Source: Candidatus Daviesbacteria bacterium (GTDB taxonomy: Bacteria; Patescibacteriota; Microgenomatia; Daviesbacterales; UBA10151). Taken from it: 64,000 bases of DNA. Both the position numbers and the translations under genes were made by a program. The notes under the pieces are model-generated. The model was not told the origin of the DNA. It ran no database searches and saw nothing but the letters and a program-made list of their open reading frames with translations. The DNA lies in the NCBI GenBank assembly GCA_016198275.1, contig JACQIX010000010.1:172-64171 (forward strand), given 5' to 3'. Shown here in pieces: positions 7,855 to 17,129 of the stretch (the first letter of the stretch is position 1; each line of letters starts with the position of its first letter).

Positions 7855-10173
7855 ATGCAAAAAATTATAACAAAAGAGATTGATTTAAATGGTAGAAAGC
7901 TAAAGCTTGAGACAGGCAAGCTGGCTTTGCAAGCAGATAGCGCTGTTTTGGTTTCATGGGGAGAAACAGTCATTTTGGCGACCGTTGCAACACAGCTTTT
8001 AGCAGAAGACATTGGTTATTTCCCTTTGTCTGTTGAATATGTGGAAAAGCATTATGCCGGCGGAAAAATTTCTTCTTCCAAATTTATCAAAAGGGAGAGC
8101 AGACCAACAGATGAGGCAATCTTGACAGGCAGGTTAATTGACAGGTCCATAAGGCCCCTTTTCCCTAAAGAGTTTAAAAATCACGAAGTACAAGTAATTT
8201 TGACTGTTTTATCCATAGATCAAGCCAATGATCCGGATATTGTGGGTTTAATTGGAGCCTCGGCAGCTCTGTCTATCTCTTCCGTGCCTTGGAACGGGCC
8301 AATTGCCGGCGTTAGAGTTGGGGAAAGGGATGGTAAATTAATTGTTAATCCTACTTTGGATGAGATGATCCATTTAGAGATGGATTTAATGGTGGCCTCA
8401 AATAAAGTAAAAGTAGTCATGATAGAAACCGCAGCCAAACAAGTCAGCGAAGAGTTAATTTTTGAAGGGATTAAAGAGGCTCATGCCCAGTCACAACCAA
8501 TCATTGATTTAATTGAACAATTTAGTAAAGAAGCTGGTAAAGAAAAAAGGCCAATTTCTCATTTGGAAGAAGAGATTGAGAAAGCCTTGTTTGCCGAGGT
8601 TACAAAATTAACCAGAGAAAGAATTGAGGCTGCTCTTTTTGATAACTTACACCCTTGGCATGAAGCCACAGGAGATATGATTAAAAGGGAGTTGATCTTG
8701 CAATACGCCCAAACCCTAACTCCTCAGGTAATTTCCGGCATTTTTGACAAAGTAGCCAAAGAGATTTTACACAGAACTGTTTTAGAAAAAGGAAAAAGAG
8801 TTGATAGTAGAGCCATGGATGAAGTCAGACTTTTGGAAATGGAAGTGGGGATTTTAGGAAGAACACACGGCTCAGCCTTGTTTCAAAGAGGCGACACACA
8901 AGTTTTATCAGTAGTTACTTTAGGGGCACCCTCTCTGCGGCAGACTTTGGAGGGGATGGAAGGAGAGAGGCAGAAAAGATTTATGCACCATTATAATATG
9001 AGCATTAACCCTTTCTCAGTTGGCGAAGTTAAAAGATTGGGTCCGCCTAACAGGCGTGATGTAGGTCATGGTAGTTTGGTAGAGAAAGCATTGGAACCTG
9101 TAATTCCCGCTGAGGATCAGTTTCCTTATGCCATCAGAGTGGTGTCTGAAGTTTTGGCAGCCAATGCTTCTACTTCCCAGGCTTCGGTTTGTTCAGCTAC
9201 GTTGGCATTATTAAATGCCGGCGTACCAATTTTAGAACCGGTGGCCGGAATTGCCCTGGGATTATTTTCTGATAGTTCCGGAAAATATCAGGTGGTTACA
9301 GACATGAGAGCAGTAGAAGATTTTTATGGGGAGATGGATTTTAAGGTAGCCGGAACTAAAAACGGCATCACCGCTATTCAAATGGATACCAAATTGGACG
9401 GTCTAACGTTTGAGATTATTCAGACTGCACTTGATTTGGGTAAAAAAGCCAGACTGGAGATTTTGGAAAAGATGAATCAAATAATCCCGGCAGCCGGAGC
9501 TTTATCTCCTCATGCTCCCAGGGTGGAAATTTTACATATTAAGCCCGAAGGAATTGGTTTGCTGATTGGTACAGGCGGTAAAACAATTAATTCCATAATT
9601 AATAAAACAGGCGCGCAAATTGATATTGAAGATGACGGGACTGTTATGGTATCTGCTGTCAAGGGTGAGAGTGTGGATAGAGCAATAGAGGCAATTGAGG
9701 GTATGTTTAAAACTGTTAATGTGGGGGATGAGATTGTAGGAAAGGTGGTTAGACTTGTTCCTTATGGAGCGTTTGTGGAAATTGCGCCTGGAAAAGACGG
9801 ATTGGTTCATATTTCACAAATGGCACCCGGGCATGTAGAGAGGGCCGAGGATGTGGTATCAGAAGGACAGGAAGTTAAAGTTCGGGTGACAGATGTTACT
9901 GAGGGAAAAGTGGGGTTATCAATGCTTTTTGGGGCAGATATTAAGCCAGAAACAGAGGCAAGACCCAGAAGCGAAAGGTTCGGCGGAGGTGGATTTAGAT
10001 CAGGAGGGGGAGAAAGAAGACCCTCTTTTGGAGATAGACCAAGAAGCGGTGGTTTTGGCAGCCGGCCCAGATTTGGCAGTGGGGGTGGCAGAGGGGGGTT
10101 TGGAGCAAGACCAGGCGGAAGATCGGGTGGATTTAGAAGAGGAGGTGGAGATAGAGGTGGATTTAGCCGCTGA
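7855..10173 (+). CDS. pnp: Polynucleotide phosphorylase with C-terminal Arg/Gly-rich (RGG-type) tail
   Basis: 772 aa. Two RNase PH domains, KH (GLLIGTGGKTINSI) and S1 domain. Then about 80 aa of GGGFRSGGGERRPSFGDRPRSGGFGSRPRFGSGGGRGGFGARPGGRSGGFRRGGGDRGGFSR. Confidence 0.9.
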   Translation: MQKIITKEIDLNGRKLKLETGKLALQADSAVLVSWGETVILATVATQLLAEDIGYFPLSVEYVEKHYAGGKISSSKFIKRESRPTDEAILTGRLIDRSIRPLFPKEFKNHEVQVILTVLSIDQANDPDIVGLIGASAALSISSVPWNGPIAGVRVGERDGKLIVNPTLDEMIHLEMDLMVASNKVKVVMIETAAKQVSEELIFEGIKEAHAQSQPIIDLIEQFSKEAGKEKRPISHLEEEIEKALFAEVTKLTRERIEAALFDNLHPWHEATGDMIKRELILQYAQTLTPQVISGIFDKVAKEILHRTVLEKGKRVDSRAMDEVRLLEMEVGILGRTHGSALFQRGDTQVLSVVTLGAPSLRQTLEGMEGERQKRFMHHYNMSINPFSVGEVKRLGPPNRRDVGHGSLVEKALEPVIPAEDQFPYAIRVVSEVLAANASTSQASVCSATLALLNAGVPILEPVAGIALGLFSDSSGKYQVVTDMRAVEDFYGEMDFKVAGTKNGITAIQMDTKLDGLTFEIIQTALDLGKKARLEILEKMNQIIPAAGALSPHAPRVEILHIKPEGIGLLIGTGGKTINSIINKTGAQIDIEDDGTVMVSAVKGESVDRAIEAIEGMFKTVNVGDEIVGKVVRLVPYGAFVEIAPGKDGLVHISQMAPGHVERAEDVVSEGQEVKVRVTDVTEGKVGLSMLFGADIKPETEARPRSERFGGGGFRSGGGERRPSFGDRPRSGGFGSRPRFGSGGGRGGFGARPGGRSGGFRRGGGDRGGFSR

Positions 10174-10225
10174 TACTTTTTACTACCTTGGGAAAGTGAG
10201 CAATTTAAGGTAAAATTGGAATACA

Positions 10226-11248
10226 ATGGATTCTGCTCAAGCAATCATTGAAGAGTTAAAAATAAAAATTACCCAAGCGAATTTACCTGTTGAAATTTCT
10301 GAAAAACTGTTGAATCTTTTAAAATTTCCCAGTCTTGGAGTAGAACTGGAAAAACTGGTAAATTACATTGAATTTGTCATTTCACTCCCCTTCAATATTT
10401 ATTGCGAAGATATTTTGGATATTAACCGTAGCAGCGAGATTTTGGATAATAACCATTATGGTTTGCAAACTGTGAAAGACAGAATTTTAGAATATCTTTC
10501 GGTTTTGCTACTGCAGAGACAAAAAGGTCAGGGTAATAACTTCCATGCCCCGATTTTGGCATTTATTGGTCTGGTTGGTACTGGCAAGACATCCCTATCA
10601 TACTCCATTGCCGAAAGCTTAGGCAGGCCAATCATCAGAATTCCTTTTGGAGGATTGGGTGATACTGCAACGCTTAGGGGAGCATCCCGTCTTCGGCCGG
10701 ATGCAGAGGCAGGTCAGGTGATTAAAGCTATACGCAAAGTTAAGGTATCAAATCCGGTCATACTTTTAGATGAGATAGACAGGGTAGCTACCGAGCATCG
10801 GGTAGATATTATGGGAGTTTTGGTGGAGCTTTTGGATCCTGCTCAAAATCAAGCTTTTGTGGATCATTATTTGGATTTTCCTTATGATTTATCCCAGGTG
10901 TTATTTATTGCAACAGCCAATAATACTACCAATATAGCCACGGCGGTGATGGACAGGTTAGAACCAATTCAAATGCCTTCCTATTCGGATGAAGAGAAAT
11001 TAATCATTGGTAAAGATTATCTATTGCCAAAAGCTTTAGATGAGGCTGGTTTGGAAAAAAGTGCCATTATTATTGATGATAAAGTTTGGCCACAAATTAT
11101 CCGTCCTTTAGGTTTTGATGCGGGTATCAGATCTTTACAGCGTTCTTTACAAGAAATTTGCCGCAAAGCAGCCAGGAAAATGGTGGAAGGAGGGGTTGGT
11201 ACATTTAAGGTTACAAGCGAGAATTTGGGGGAATATCTTCAGGGTTAG
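10226..11248 (+). CDS. Lon-type AAA+ ATPase module without protease domain
   Basis: 340 aa. Walker A GLVGTGKTS, Walker B ILLDEIDR, sensor TAN. The stretch LVELLDPAQNQAFVDHYLDFPYDLSQVLFIATANN is nearly identical to the Lon AAA+ consensus. No Ser-Lys protease domain follows (stop at 11248). Region corresponding to the Lon pore loop (RGHRRTYIG) reads RGASRLRPDAEAG. Confidence 0.6.
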   Translation: MDSAQAIIEELKIKITQANLPVEISEKLLNLLKFPSLGVELEKLVNYIEFVISLPFNIYCEDILDINRSSEILDNNHYGLQTVKDRILEYLSVLLLQRQKGQGNNFHAPILAFIGLVGTGKTSLSYSIAESLGRPIIRIPFGGLGDTATLRGASRLRPDAEAGQVIKAIRKVKVSNPVILLDEIDRVATEHRVDIMGVLVELLDPAQNQAFVDHYLDFPYDLSQVLFIATANNTTNIATAVMDRLEPIQMPSYSDEEKLIIGKDYLLPKALDEAGLEKSAIIIDDKVWPQIIRPLGFDAGIRSLQRSLQEICRKAARKMVEGGVGTFKVTSENLGEYLQG

Positions 11249-11303
11249 TATTATGGAGAAATATTCGTAATACTTAATACATGATACATAATACAAATAT
11301 TAA
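11249..11303 (+). repeat. Conserved intergenic element, copy 2 (GGGTTAGTATTATGG...CGTAATACTTAATAC...)
   Basis: Starts at the stop of the Lon-like gene. Same 15-mer at 11266-11280. Shares the GGGTTA(A)GTATTATG head with copy 1. Lies just upstream of rnj. Confidence 0.5.
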
Positions 11304-12998
11304 ATGAAATCTTTTAAACCAAAATTTAATCTACCTCAATTAAATAATAATCAACTGTTGAAGTTAATTCCCCTTGGCGGAGTTGGTGATGTCACCAAAA
11401 ATATGTATGTATACGAATATGGGGGAGACATCATCATTATTGATTGCGGGGTAGGATTTCCTGATGAGGCCATGCCGGGAGTTGATTTGGTGATACCTGA
11501 TATTTCCTATTTGAGGGATAAAAAGGAAAAAATCCGCGCCATATTAATTACTCATGGTCACGAAGATCATATCGGAGGCTTGCCTTATATTTGGCCCGAG
11601 CTTCAGGTTCCGATTTATACCCAGAGATTGACTGCCGGGTTTATCAGAGCCAAATTTACTGAACATAATTTACCCCAAAATAAAATTTTTGAGGTTAAAA
11701 TTGATCAAAAACTTGATCTGGGAGCATTTAAAGTGTCATTTTATCAAGTATCTCATTCAGTACCTGATTCTATGGGGATTGTGATCAGAATTCCTCAAGG
11801 ATTAATAATTCATCAAGCAGATTTTAAAATTGACTGGACACCGGTATCCGGCCAGGTAACAGATGTGGGTACAGTTGCCCGCTTAGGTAGTGAGGGAGTA
11901 CTGCTTTTGTTGATTGATTGTTTAAGAGTGGAAAAGCCAGGGTTTAATAAATCGGAAAAATCCATTGAGGATTCTTTTGCCAAAGCCAGCCTGGAAACTG
12001 CAGGAAAACTTCTCATTACTATGACTTCATCAAATGTCTCAAGAATGCAGCAAGCTATTAATGTGGCTGCCAAATTAGGTAGGAAAGTATCAGTAGTTGG
12101 CAGATCTTTTGAAAATAATTTTCAAGTGGCCAGAGACTTAGGTTATTTGCATGTTCCTCCCGCAGTCATGGTTGCTCCGGATACAATTTCATCATTTGCC
12201 GGCAATAAATTGCTGATTTTAATTGCCGGTTCCCAGGGTCAGCAGGGGTCATCATTAGTCAGAGCTGCCAACGAGCAGCATAAACAGGTTAAATTGAAAA
12301 GGGGTGACGGGGTAGTATTTTCCGCTGACCCCATTCCTTCCACCGAATCGGCCCAGAATGCCTTGATTGATTCTTTATCAAGACTGGGAGTGAATGTTTA
12401 TTATTCTGCTGTATCTTCTGACCTGCACGTATCCGGTCATGCGGCATTAGAAGAGTTAAGATTGATGGTTAATTTAGTAAAGCCAAAATTTTTATTCCCA
12501 ATAGGAGGAACTTTTAGGCATATGGAAGCTTTTTCCAAAATGGCCCAAGAGATGGGTTATGACAGAAAGCAAATTTTGGAAGGAGAAGATGGCGATATTT
12601 TGGAAGTAAGAAAAGATGTAGTTAAAATGGTTGGCAGGGTGGATGTGCAGAATGTTTATGTGGATGGGTTAGGAGTAGGAGATATAGGGCATATAGTTTT
12701 GCGCGACAGACAAAAGTTGAGTGAGGAAGGGGTGGTGGTGGCAGTAGTTACTATTGAGCAGCATAGCGGTAAAATAGACAATGTGGATATAATTTCAAGG
12801 GGATTTGTTTACGAAGAAATAGCCAAAGATATTTTAGAAGATGCTAAAAAGACAGTTGAACGATCATTGAGCGAACATATTCATAAAACTGCGGATTGGC
12901 GCTTTATCCGCAAAATGATTGAAGATTCTTTGGGAAATTATTTTTATCAGATGACTGAAAGGAGACCTTTAATTCTCCCGGTGGTGGTAGAAGTGTAG
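11304..12998 (+). CDS. rnj: Ribonuclease J (metallo-beta-lactamase/beta-CASP RNase)
   Basis: 564 aa. LITHGHEDHIGG motif, beta-CASP region and C-terminal domain typical of RNase J. Confidence 0.9.
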   Translation: MKSFKPKFNLPQLNNNQLLKLIPLGGVGDVTKNMYVYEYGGDIIIIDCGVGFPDEAMPGVDLVIPDISYLRDKKEKIRAILITHGHEDHIGGLPYIWPELQVPIYTQRLTAGFIRAKFTEHNLPQNKIFEVKIDQKLDLGAFKVSFYQVSHSVPDSMGIVIRIPQGLIIHQADFKIDWTPVSGQVTDVGTVARLGSEGVLLLLIDCLRVEKPGFNKSEKSIEDSFAKASLETAGKLLITMTSSNVSRMQQAINVAAKLGRKVSVVGRSFENNFQVARDLGYLHVPPAVMVAPDTISSFAGNKLLILIAGSQGQQGSSLVRAANEQHKQVKLKRGDGVVFSADPIPSTESAQNALIDSLSRLGVNVYYSAVSSDLHVSGHAALEELRLMVNLVKPKFLFPIGGTFRHMEAFSKMAQEMGYDRKQILEGEDGDILEVRKDVVKMVGRVDVQNVYVDGLGVGDIGHIVLRDRQKLSEEGVVVAVVTIEQHSGKIDNVDIISRGFVYEEIAKDILEDAKKTVERSLSEHIHKTADWRFIRKMIEDSLGNYFYQMTERRPLILPVVVEV

Positions 12999-13041
12999 GT
13001 ATCCCATAGTGTGGTATAATATTAATAACTAATAATTAAAT

Positions 13042-15141
13042 ATGGCTCGAAGAAGATCTATTTATAAATTACCCAAATTAAGACTCAGACAAAAAACTAT
13101 CACTGCTGTGGGAACGCTAATTGCATTTGGATTGGCTGTTTTATCCATTGTGGCTATTGCCACCCAATCTCAAACCTTATCTTTTTGGAGAGAATTTTTA
13201 GCTGAAAATTTAGGCTGGGCAAAGGTTTTGTCACCACTTATTTTTTTACTTGGCGGACTGGTTTTAACAAAGGCAAAATGGCGTTTTGCCCAGCTGAATG
13301 TTTTTTTAGGCTTTATTTTGGTGCTGGTTTCTTTAGTGGGGATAACCGGTGCCCTAAAGGCAGAAAAGGCAGGAAATATTGGTTGGACTCTCTGGAACGA
13401 GTTGTCATCTTTTGTCACAGCACCAGGTGCAGTTGCTCTCTTGGTATTGGTATTTTTTGTGGGCCTGGTAGTGTTATTTAACACATCCTTAGATCAAATA
13501 TTTAAAATTTTTGCCTGGATTTTTTCTTTTGGGCAAAAAATTATCAAATTTATTTTTAACAGAAAGCGGACATTTGAAGCAAAACATATTCCCATTAAAG
13601 TTTCTGGTGTAGATGAGCGCTCCTCCCAAAAATCTTTCCCGCAAACCCAAAAGGAGGCTGTAATTGCCGATGTTTTAGTGCAAAATGTGGCGGGAAAGGC
13701 CACTATTTGGAAATACCCTCCTTTGTCGCTGCTGTCTGATAAAGTAGGTAATCCGGCCAATAGAGGGGATGTGAAGAAGAATGCTGATATTATTGAGAAG
13801 ACTCTGGATTCGTTTGGGATTGCTGCCAATGTGGCGGAAGTCAACGGTGGGCCGGCAGTGACTCAATATGCTTTAAGAATTTCAGCCGGAACCAAAATTT
13901 CCAAAATTGCCAATTTGCAACATGATCTGGCTTTAGCTTTGGCTACCCCCACAGGTACTGTCAGGGTTGAGGCCCCGATTCCGGGCAAATCTTTGGTGGG
14001 GATTGAAGTGCCTAACCATTCTTTGGAAATAGTCGGACTCAAGCAAATTTTGGCATCTGAGGAGATGAGTAAACATAGATCAAAATTGGCTGTTGCATTA
14101 GGACGCGATACTTCATCAAAATCAATGATTGTAGATTTAGACAGGATGCCTCATTGTTTGATTGCCGGGACAACCGGGAGTGGAAAGTCTATACTTTTAA
14201 ACTCTTTTATTACTTCGTTGCTTTTTAGAAACTCACCGGAAGAGATGAAATTAATCTTGATTGATCCCAAAAGAGTGGAGTTAACAAATTATAATAATAT
14301 TCCCCATCTGTTAACTCCGGTTATCACCGAACCGGAAAAAATCCTCTCTTCCCTAAAGTGGGCCATGGCTGAGATGGATAGAAGGTATAAATTATTCCAA
14401 TCAGTGGGAGTAAGAAATATTATCGGTTACAATGAAATGTCAGGTTTCCAAGCGCTTCCCTATATAGTAATTGTGATTGATGAGCTGGCAGATTTGATGA
14501 TGTTTGCTCCAGTTGAAATTGAGGATGCTATCACCAGGATTGCACAACTTGCTAGAGCTACCGGAATTCATCTGGTGGTAGCTACACAACGGCCTTCTGT
14601 TGATGTGATTACCGGTTTGATTAAAGCCAATATTCCCTGCAGGATTGCTTTTAATGTTTCCTCAATGGTTGATTCCCGGGTGATTTTGGATGGGCCGGGA
14701 GCGGAGAAGTTGTTGGGCCGGGGAGATATGCTGTTTTTACCTCCTGATGCTTCCAAACCGATCAGGATTCAGGGAGTATACGTACAAGATAGCGAGATTG
14801 GCAATTTAATTAAATTCCTCAAACAAAGCGGTATTGCTCCGCAATACACAACTGAAGTAACAGAGATGCCGCTTGGCAAGTGGGGTACAAAAGGAGGAAA
14901 TGGGTCGGACAGGGATGAGTTATTTGATGAGGCGGTCAGAACTGTTTGTCAATACGACCGGGCTTCTGCTTCACTTTTGCAAAGGAGATTAAAGGTTGGA
15001 TATGCCAGGGCAGCCAGGATTTTGGATGAACTGGAGGAGGCTGGAATTGTGGGAATGGGGGAGGGGTCCAAACCTAGAGATGTGTTAGTCCGTAATGCTG
15101 ATGAATACCTTACTGCTCAAGCTGAATCAATCAAGAGTTAA
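13042..15141 (+). CDS. ftsK: DNA translocase FtsK/SpoIIIE
   Basis: 699 aa. N-terminal TM helices, motor domain with Walker A GTTGSGKS, C-terminal winged-helix gamma domain. Confidence 0.9.
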   Translation: MARRRSIYKLPKLRLRQKTITAVGTLIAFGLAVLSIVAIATQSQTLSFWREFLAENLGWAKVLSPLIFLLGGLVLTKAKWRFAQLNVFLGFILVLVSLVGITGALKAEKAGNIGWTLWNELSSFVTAPGAVALLVLVFFVGLVVLFNTSLDQIFKIFAWIFSFGQKIIKFIFNRKRTFEAKHIPIKVSGVDERSSQKSFPQTQKEAVIADVLVQNVAGKATIWKYPPLSLLSDKVGNPANRGDVKKNADIIEKTLDSFGIAANVAEVNGGPAVTQYALRISAGTKISKIANLQHDLALALATPTGTVRVEAPIPGKSLVGIEVPNHSLEIVGLKQILASEEMSKHRSKLAVALGRDTSSKSMIVDLDRMPHCLIAGTTGSGKSILLNSFITSLLFRNSPEEMKLILIDPKRVELTNYNNIPHLLTPVITEPEKILSSLKWAMAEMDRRYKLFQSVGVRNIIGYNEMSGFQALPYIVIVIDELADLMMFAPVEIEDAITRIAQLARATGIHLVVATQRPSVDVITGLIKANIPCRIAFNVSSMVDSRVILDGPGAEKLLGRGDMLFLPPDASKPIRIQGVYVQDSEIGNLIKFLKQSGIAPQYTTEVTEMPLGKWGTKGGNGSDRDELFDEAVRTVCQYDRASASLLQRRLKVGYARAARILDELEEAGIVGMGEGSKPRDVLVRNADEYLTAQAESIKS

Positions 15142-15191
15142 AATCATTTCAGTAACAAATTAAGGACTTTGATATAATATAAATTATATAA

Positions 15192-15584
15192 ATGAGTGGA
15201 AAAGCGATCGCAACAATTTATTTTTATCTGGTTTCCGCAGCTTCTTTGGCCTTGATTGTCATGGGGATTTTTAACGCGGTCAATCTCATGATCAATTCAA
15301 CTCAATATGAAAAATATCCTTTAAGGTATGAGCCGGGCATAGATTGTGAAAGTGGATTTGGTTACCCCGTTCCATATAAAATCATGCCACCAGATGTAAG
15401 AGAAGAAGCTACTATATCCGCTCAAGATTTAGAGAAACAAACAAAGAACTGCTTAAGACAACAAGAGTTAGAAAGAAGACAACATAAAGTAGATGATTTT
15501 AAAGATGCCATTACTTTTAGTTTAGTAGGAGTAGTCTTATTCTCTATCCACTTTCCTCTGGCCAGAAAACAATCAAGGGATTAA
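15192..15584 (+). CDS. Hypothetical membrane protein (2 predicted TM segments)
   Basis: 130-aa ORF with hydrophobic N- and C-terminal segments. Confidence 0.4.
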   Translation: MSGKAIATIYFYLVSAASLALIVMGIFNAVNLMINSTQYEKYPLRYEPGIDCESGFGYPVPYKIMPPDVREEATISAQDLEKQTKNCLRQQELERRQHKVDDFKDAITFSLVGVVLFSIHFPLARKQSRD

Positions 15585-15594
15585 GATTTTATTA

Positions 15595-16161
15595 ATGAAT
15601 GATCCAGTTGAAAGCTTGAAAAAGAGTCAAATTGGGGTAATGCCAACAGATACTGTTTATGGAATAGTTGGCTCTGCACTGCAGCCTTTAGTGGTGGAAA
15701 AAATTTATCAGCTTAAGAAAAGGTCTTCTGATAAACCGTTTATTATTTTAATATCTTCCATAAATGATCTTAAAAAATTTGATGTTGGGTTAACTGAAAA
15801 ACAAAATGAATTTTTAGAAAAAAATTGGCCAAATCCTTTAAGCGTGATCTTGCCTTCAAGTAAGAAATATGAATATCTTCATCGAGGAAAAAATTCCCTG
15901 GCTTTTAGGATGCCTAAAGATGAAAAATTGCTGGAAATTTTAAAACAAACAGGTCCTTTAGTTGCTCCTTCTGCTAATTTTGAAGGAGAAAAAATTGCCG
16001 GAACAATTGCTGAAGCAGAGAAATATTTTGGTAAAGAAATAGCATTTTATGTTGACGGAGGCAAAGTAACAGCACAACCATCAATAATAATTCAATTAAA
16101 TAGTGACGGCAGTTTAAAAGTTTTAAGGTCAGGTTTATACAAAACTAGAAAACTTTTCTAA
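15595..16161 (+). CDS. tsaC: L-threonylcarbamoyladenylate synthase, YrdC/TsaC family
   Basis: 188 aa. MPTDTVYGIVGSA motif and overall YrdC fold signature. Confidence 0.85.
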   Translation: MNDPVESLKKSQIGVMPTDTVYGIVGSALQPLVVEKIYQLKKRSSDKPFIILISSINDLKKFDVGLTEKQNEFLEKNWPNPLSVILPSSKKYEYLHRGKNSLAFRMPKDEKLLEILKQTGPLVAPSANFEGEKIAGTIAEAEKYFGKEIAFYVDGGKVTAQPSIIIQLNSDGSLKVLRSGLYKTRKLF

Positions 16162-16181
16162 GATAGACTACAATTTCTTTC

Positions 16182-16829
16182 ATGCGCACTGTTGGACAGG
16201 TTTTAAAAGAGGAAAGGGAAAGGAAGCTATATACTCTTGATGAAGTAGAAAAATCCACCAAGATTAGGAAAGAATTACTGGAAGCTTTGGAAGCTGGTCA
16301 ATATATGAAACTGCCTCCACCGACTTTTGTCCAGGGTTTTATTAAAAATTATGGTAAATTTTTAGGGTTAAATACGGAGAAACTACTGGCAATTTTTAGA
16401 AGAGAATACTCTTCGAAAAAACATCCTCCCAGGATTTTAGAATCATTTTCCAGCCCAATTGATCAAAAAAAATTTAGGATCACTCCGGCTAGGGCTTTGG
16501 GGTCTGTTGTCTTAATACTGGTGGTGGTTTTTTTTATCTACCTTTGGCTTGAATACAGATTTTTAACAAAAGCACCTTTTTTGGAAATAACCAGTCCTGC
16601 AAATCAGCTCAGTGTGGATACTCCCATAATTTCGGTAATCGGTAGGACTGATCCTGAAGAAAAAGTTACCATCAACAATCAGGAAATTCCGGTAGATCTT
16701 TCTGGACAATTTACCCAGGAAATTAAATTATCGGATAATGTTAATACTATTGTTATTAGTGCCATATCAAAAGAGGGGAAAGTTACTAAAGTGGAAAGAA
16801 CTGTCTTTTTGAAATCAACTCAGAGGTGA
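16182..16829 (+). CDS. RodZ-like protein (N-terminal XRE-type HTH, single TM, C-terminal extracytoplasmic domain)
   Basis: 215 aa. HTH-like N-terminus (VGQVLKEERERKLYTLDEVEKSTKIRKELLEALE). TM segment (LGSVVLILVVVFFIYLW). Confidence 0.55.
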   Translation: MRTVGQVLKEERERKLYTLDEVEKSTKIRKELLEALEAGQYMKLPPPTFVQGFIKNYGKFLGLNTEKLLAIFRREYSSKKHPPRILESFSSPIDQKKFRITPARALGSVVLILVVVFFIYLWLEYRFLTKAPFLEITSPANQLSVDTPIISVIGRTDPEEKVTINNQEIPVDLSGQFTQEIKLSDNVNTIVISAISKEGKVTKVERTVFLKSTQR

Positions 16830-16841
16830 TATACTAAACAG

Positions 16842-17129
16842 ATGGATTTTTTGCAAATTGCCCTGATATTTTTGATATTTTTGCTGTCAATATTTTTGGC
16901 CATCACGGGTATTCAGGTATTTTTTATTTTAAGGGATTTAAAAAAAGCCTTAGATAAGTTAAATGCTATTTTACAGACAGGTGAAAATATTGCTGGAGAT
17001 ATAGAAAGACCTCTTTCTTCTGCCTCAAATTTGGTGGCAACCTTAGGTGACAGAGCAAAAGCTTTAGCAGGAGTAGTAAAAAGAGAATCAAAACATAGAC
17101 AGAGAAGATTTTACAAGCGAACTCTGTGA
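16842..17129 (+). CDS. Small membrane protein (N-terminal TM plus coiled-coil, DUF948-like architecture)
   Basis: 95 aa. Overlaps alaS start by 4 nt (translational coupling). Confidence 0.4.
   Translation: MDFLQIALIFLIFLLSIFLAITGIQVFFILRDLKKALDKLNAILQTGENIAGDIERPLSSASNLVATLGDRAKALAGVVKRESKHRQRRFYKRTL

Noticed and set aside
9807-10244. 145-aa Pro/Leu-rich ORF on the minus strand (and + strand ORF 9893-10213) overlapping the 3' end of pnp
   Set aside because: They are mirror images or frame-shifted reads of the GC-rich RGG-repeat coding region of pnp. Low-complexity composition with no start/RBS context; artefacts.
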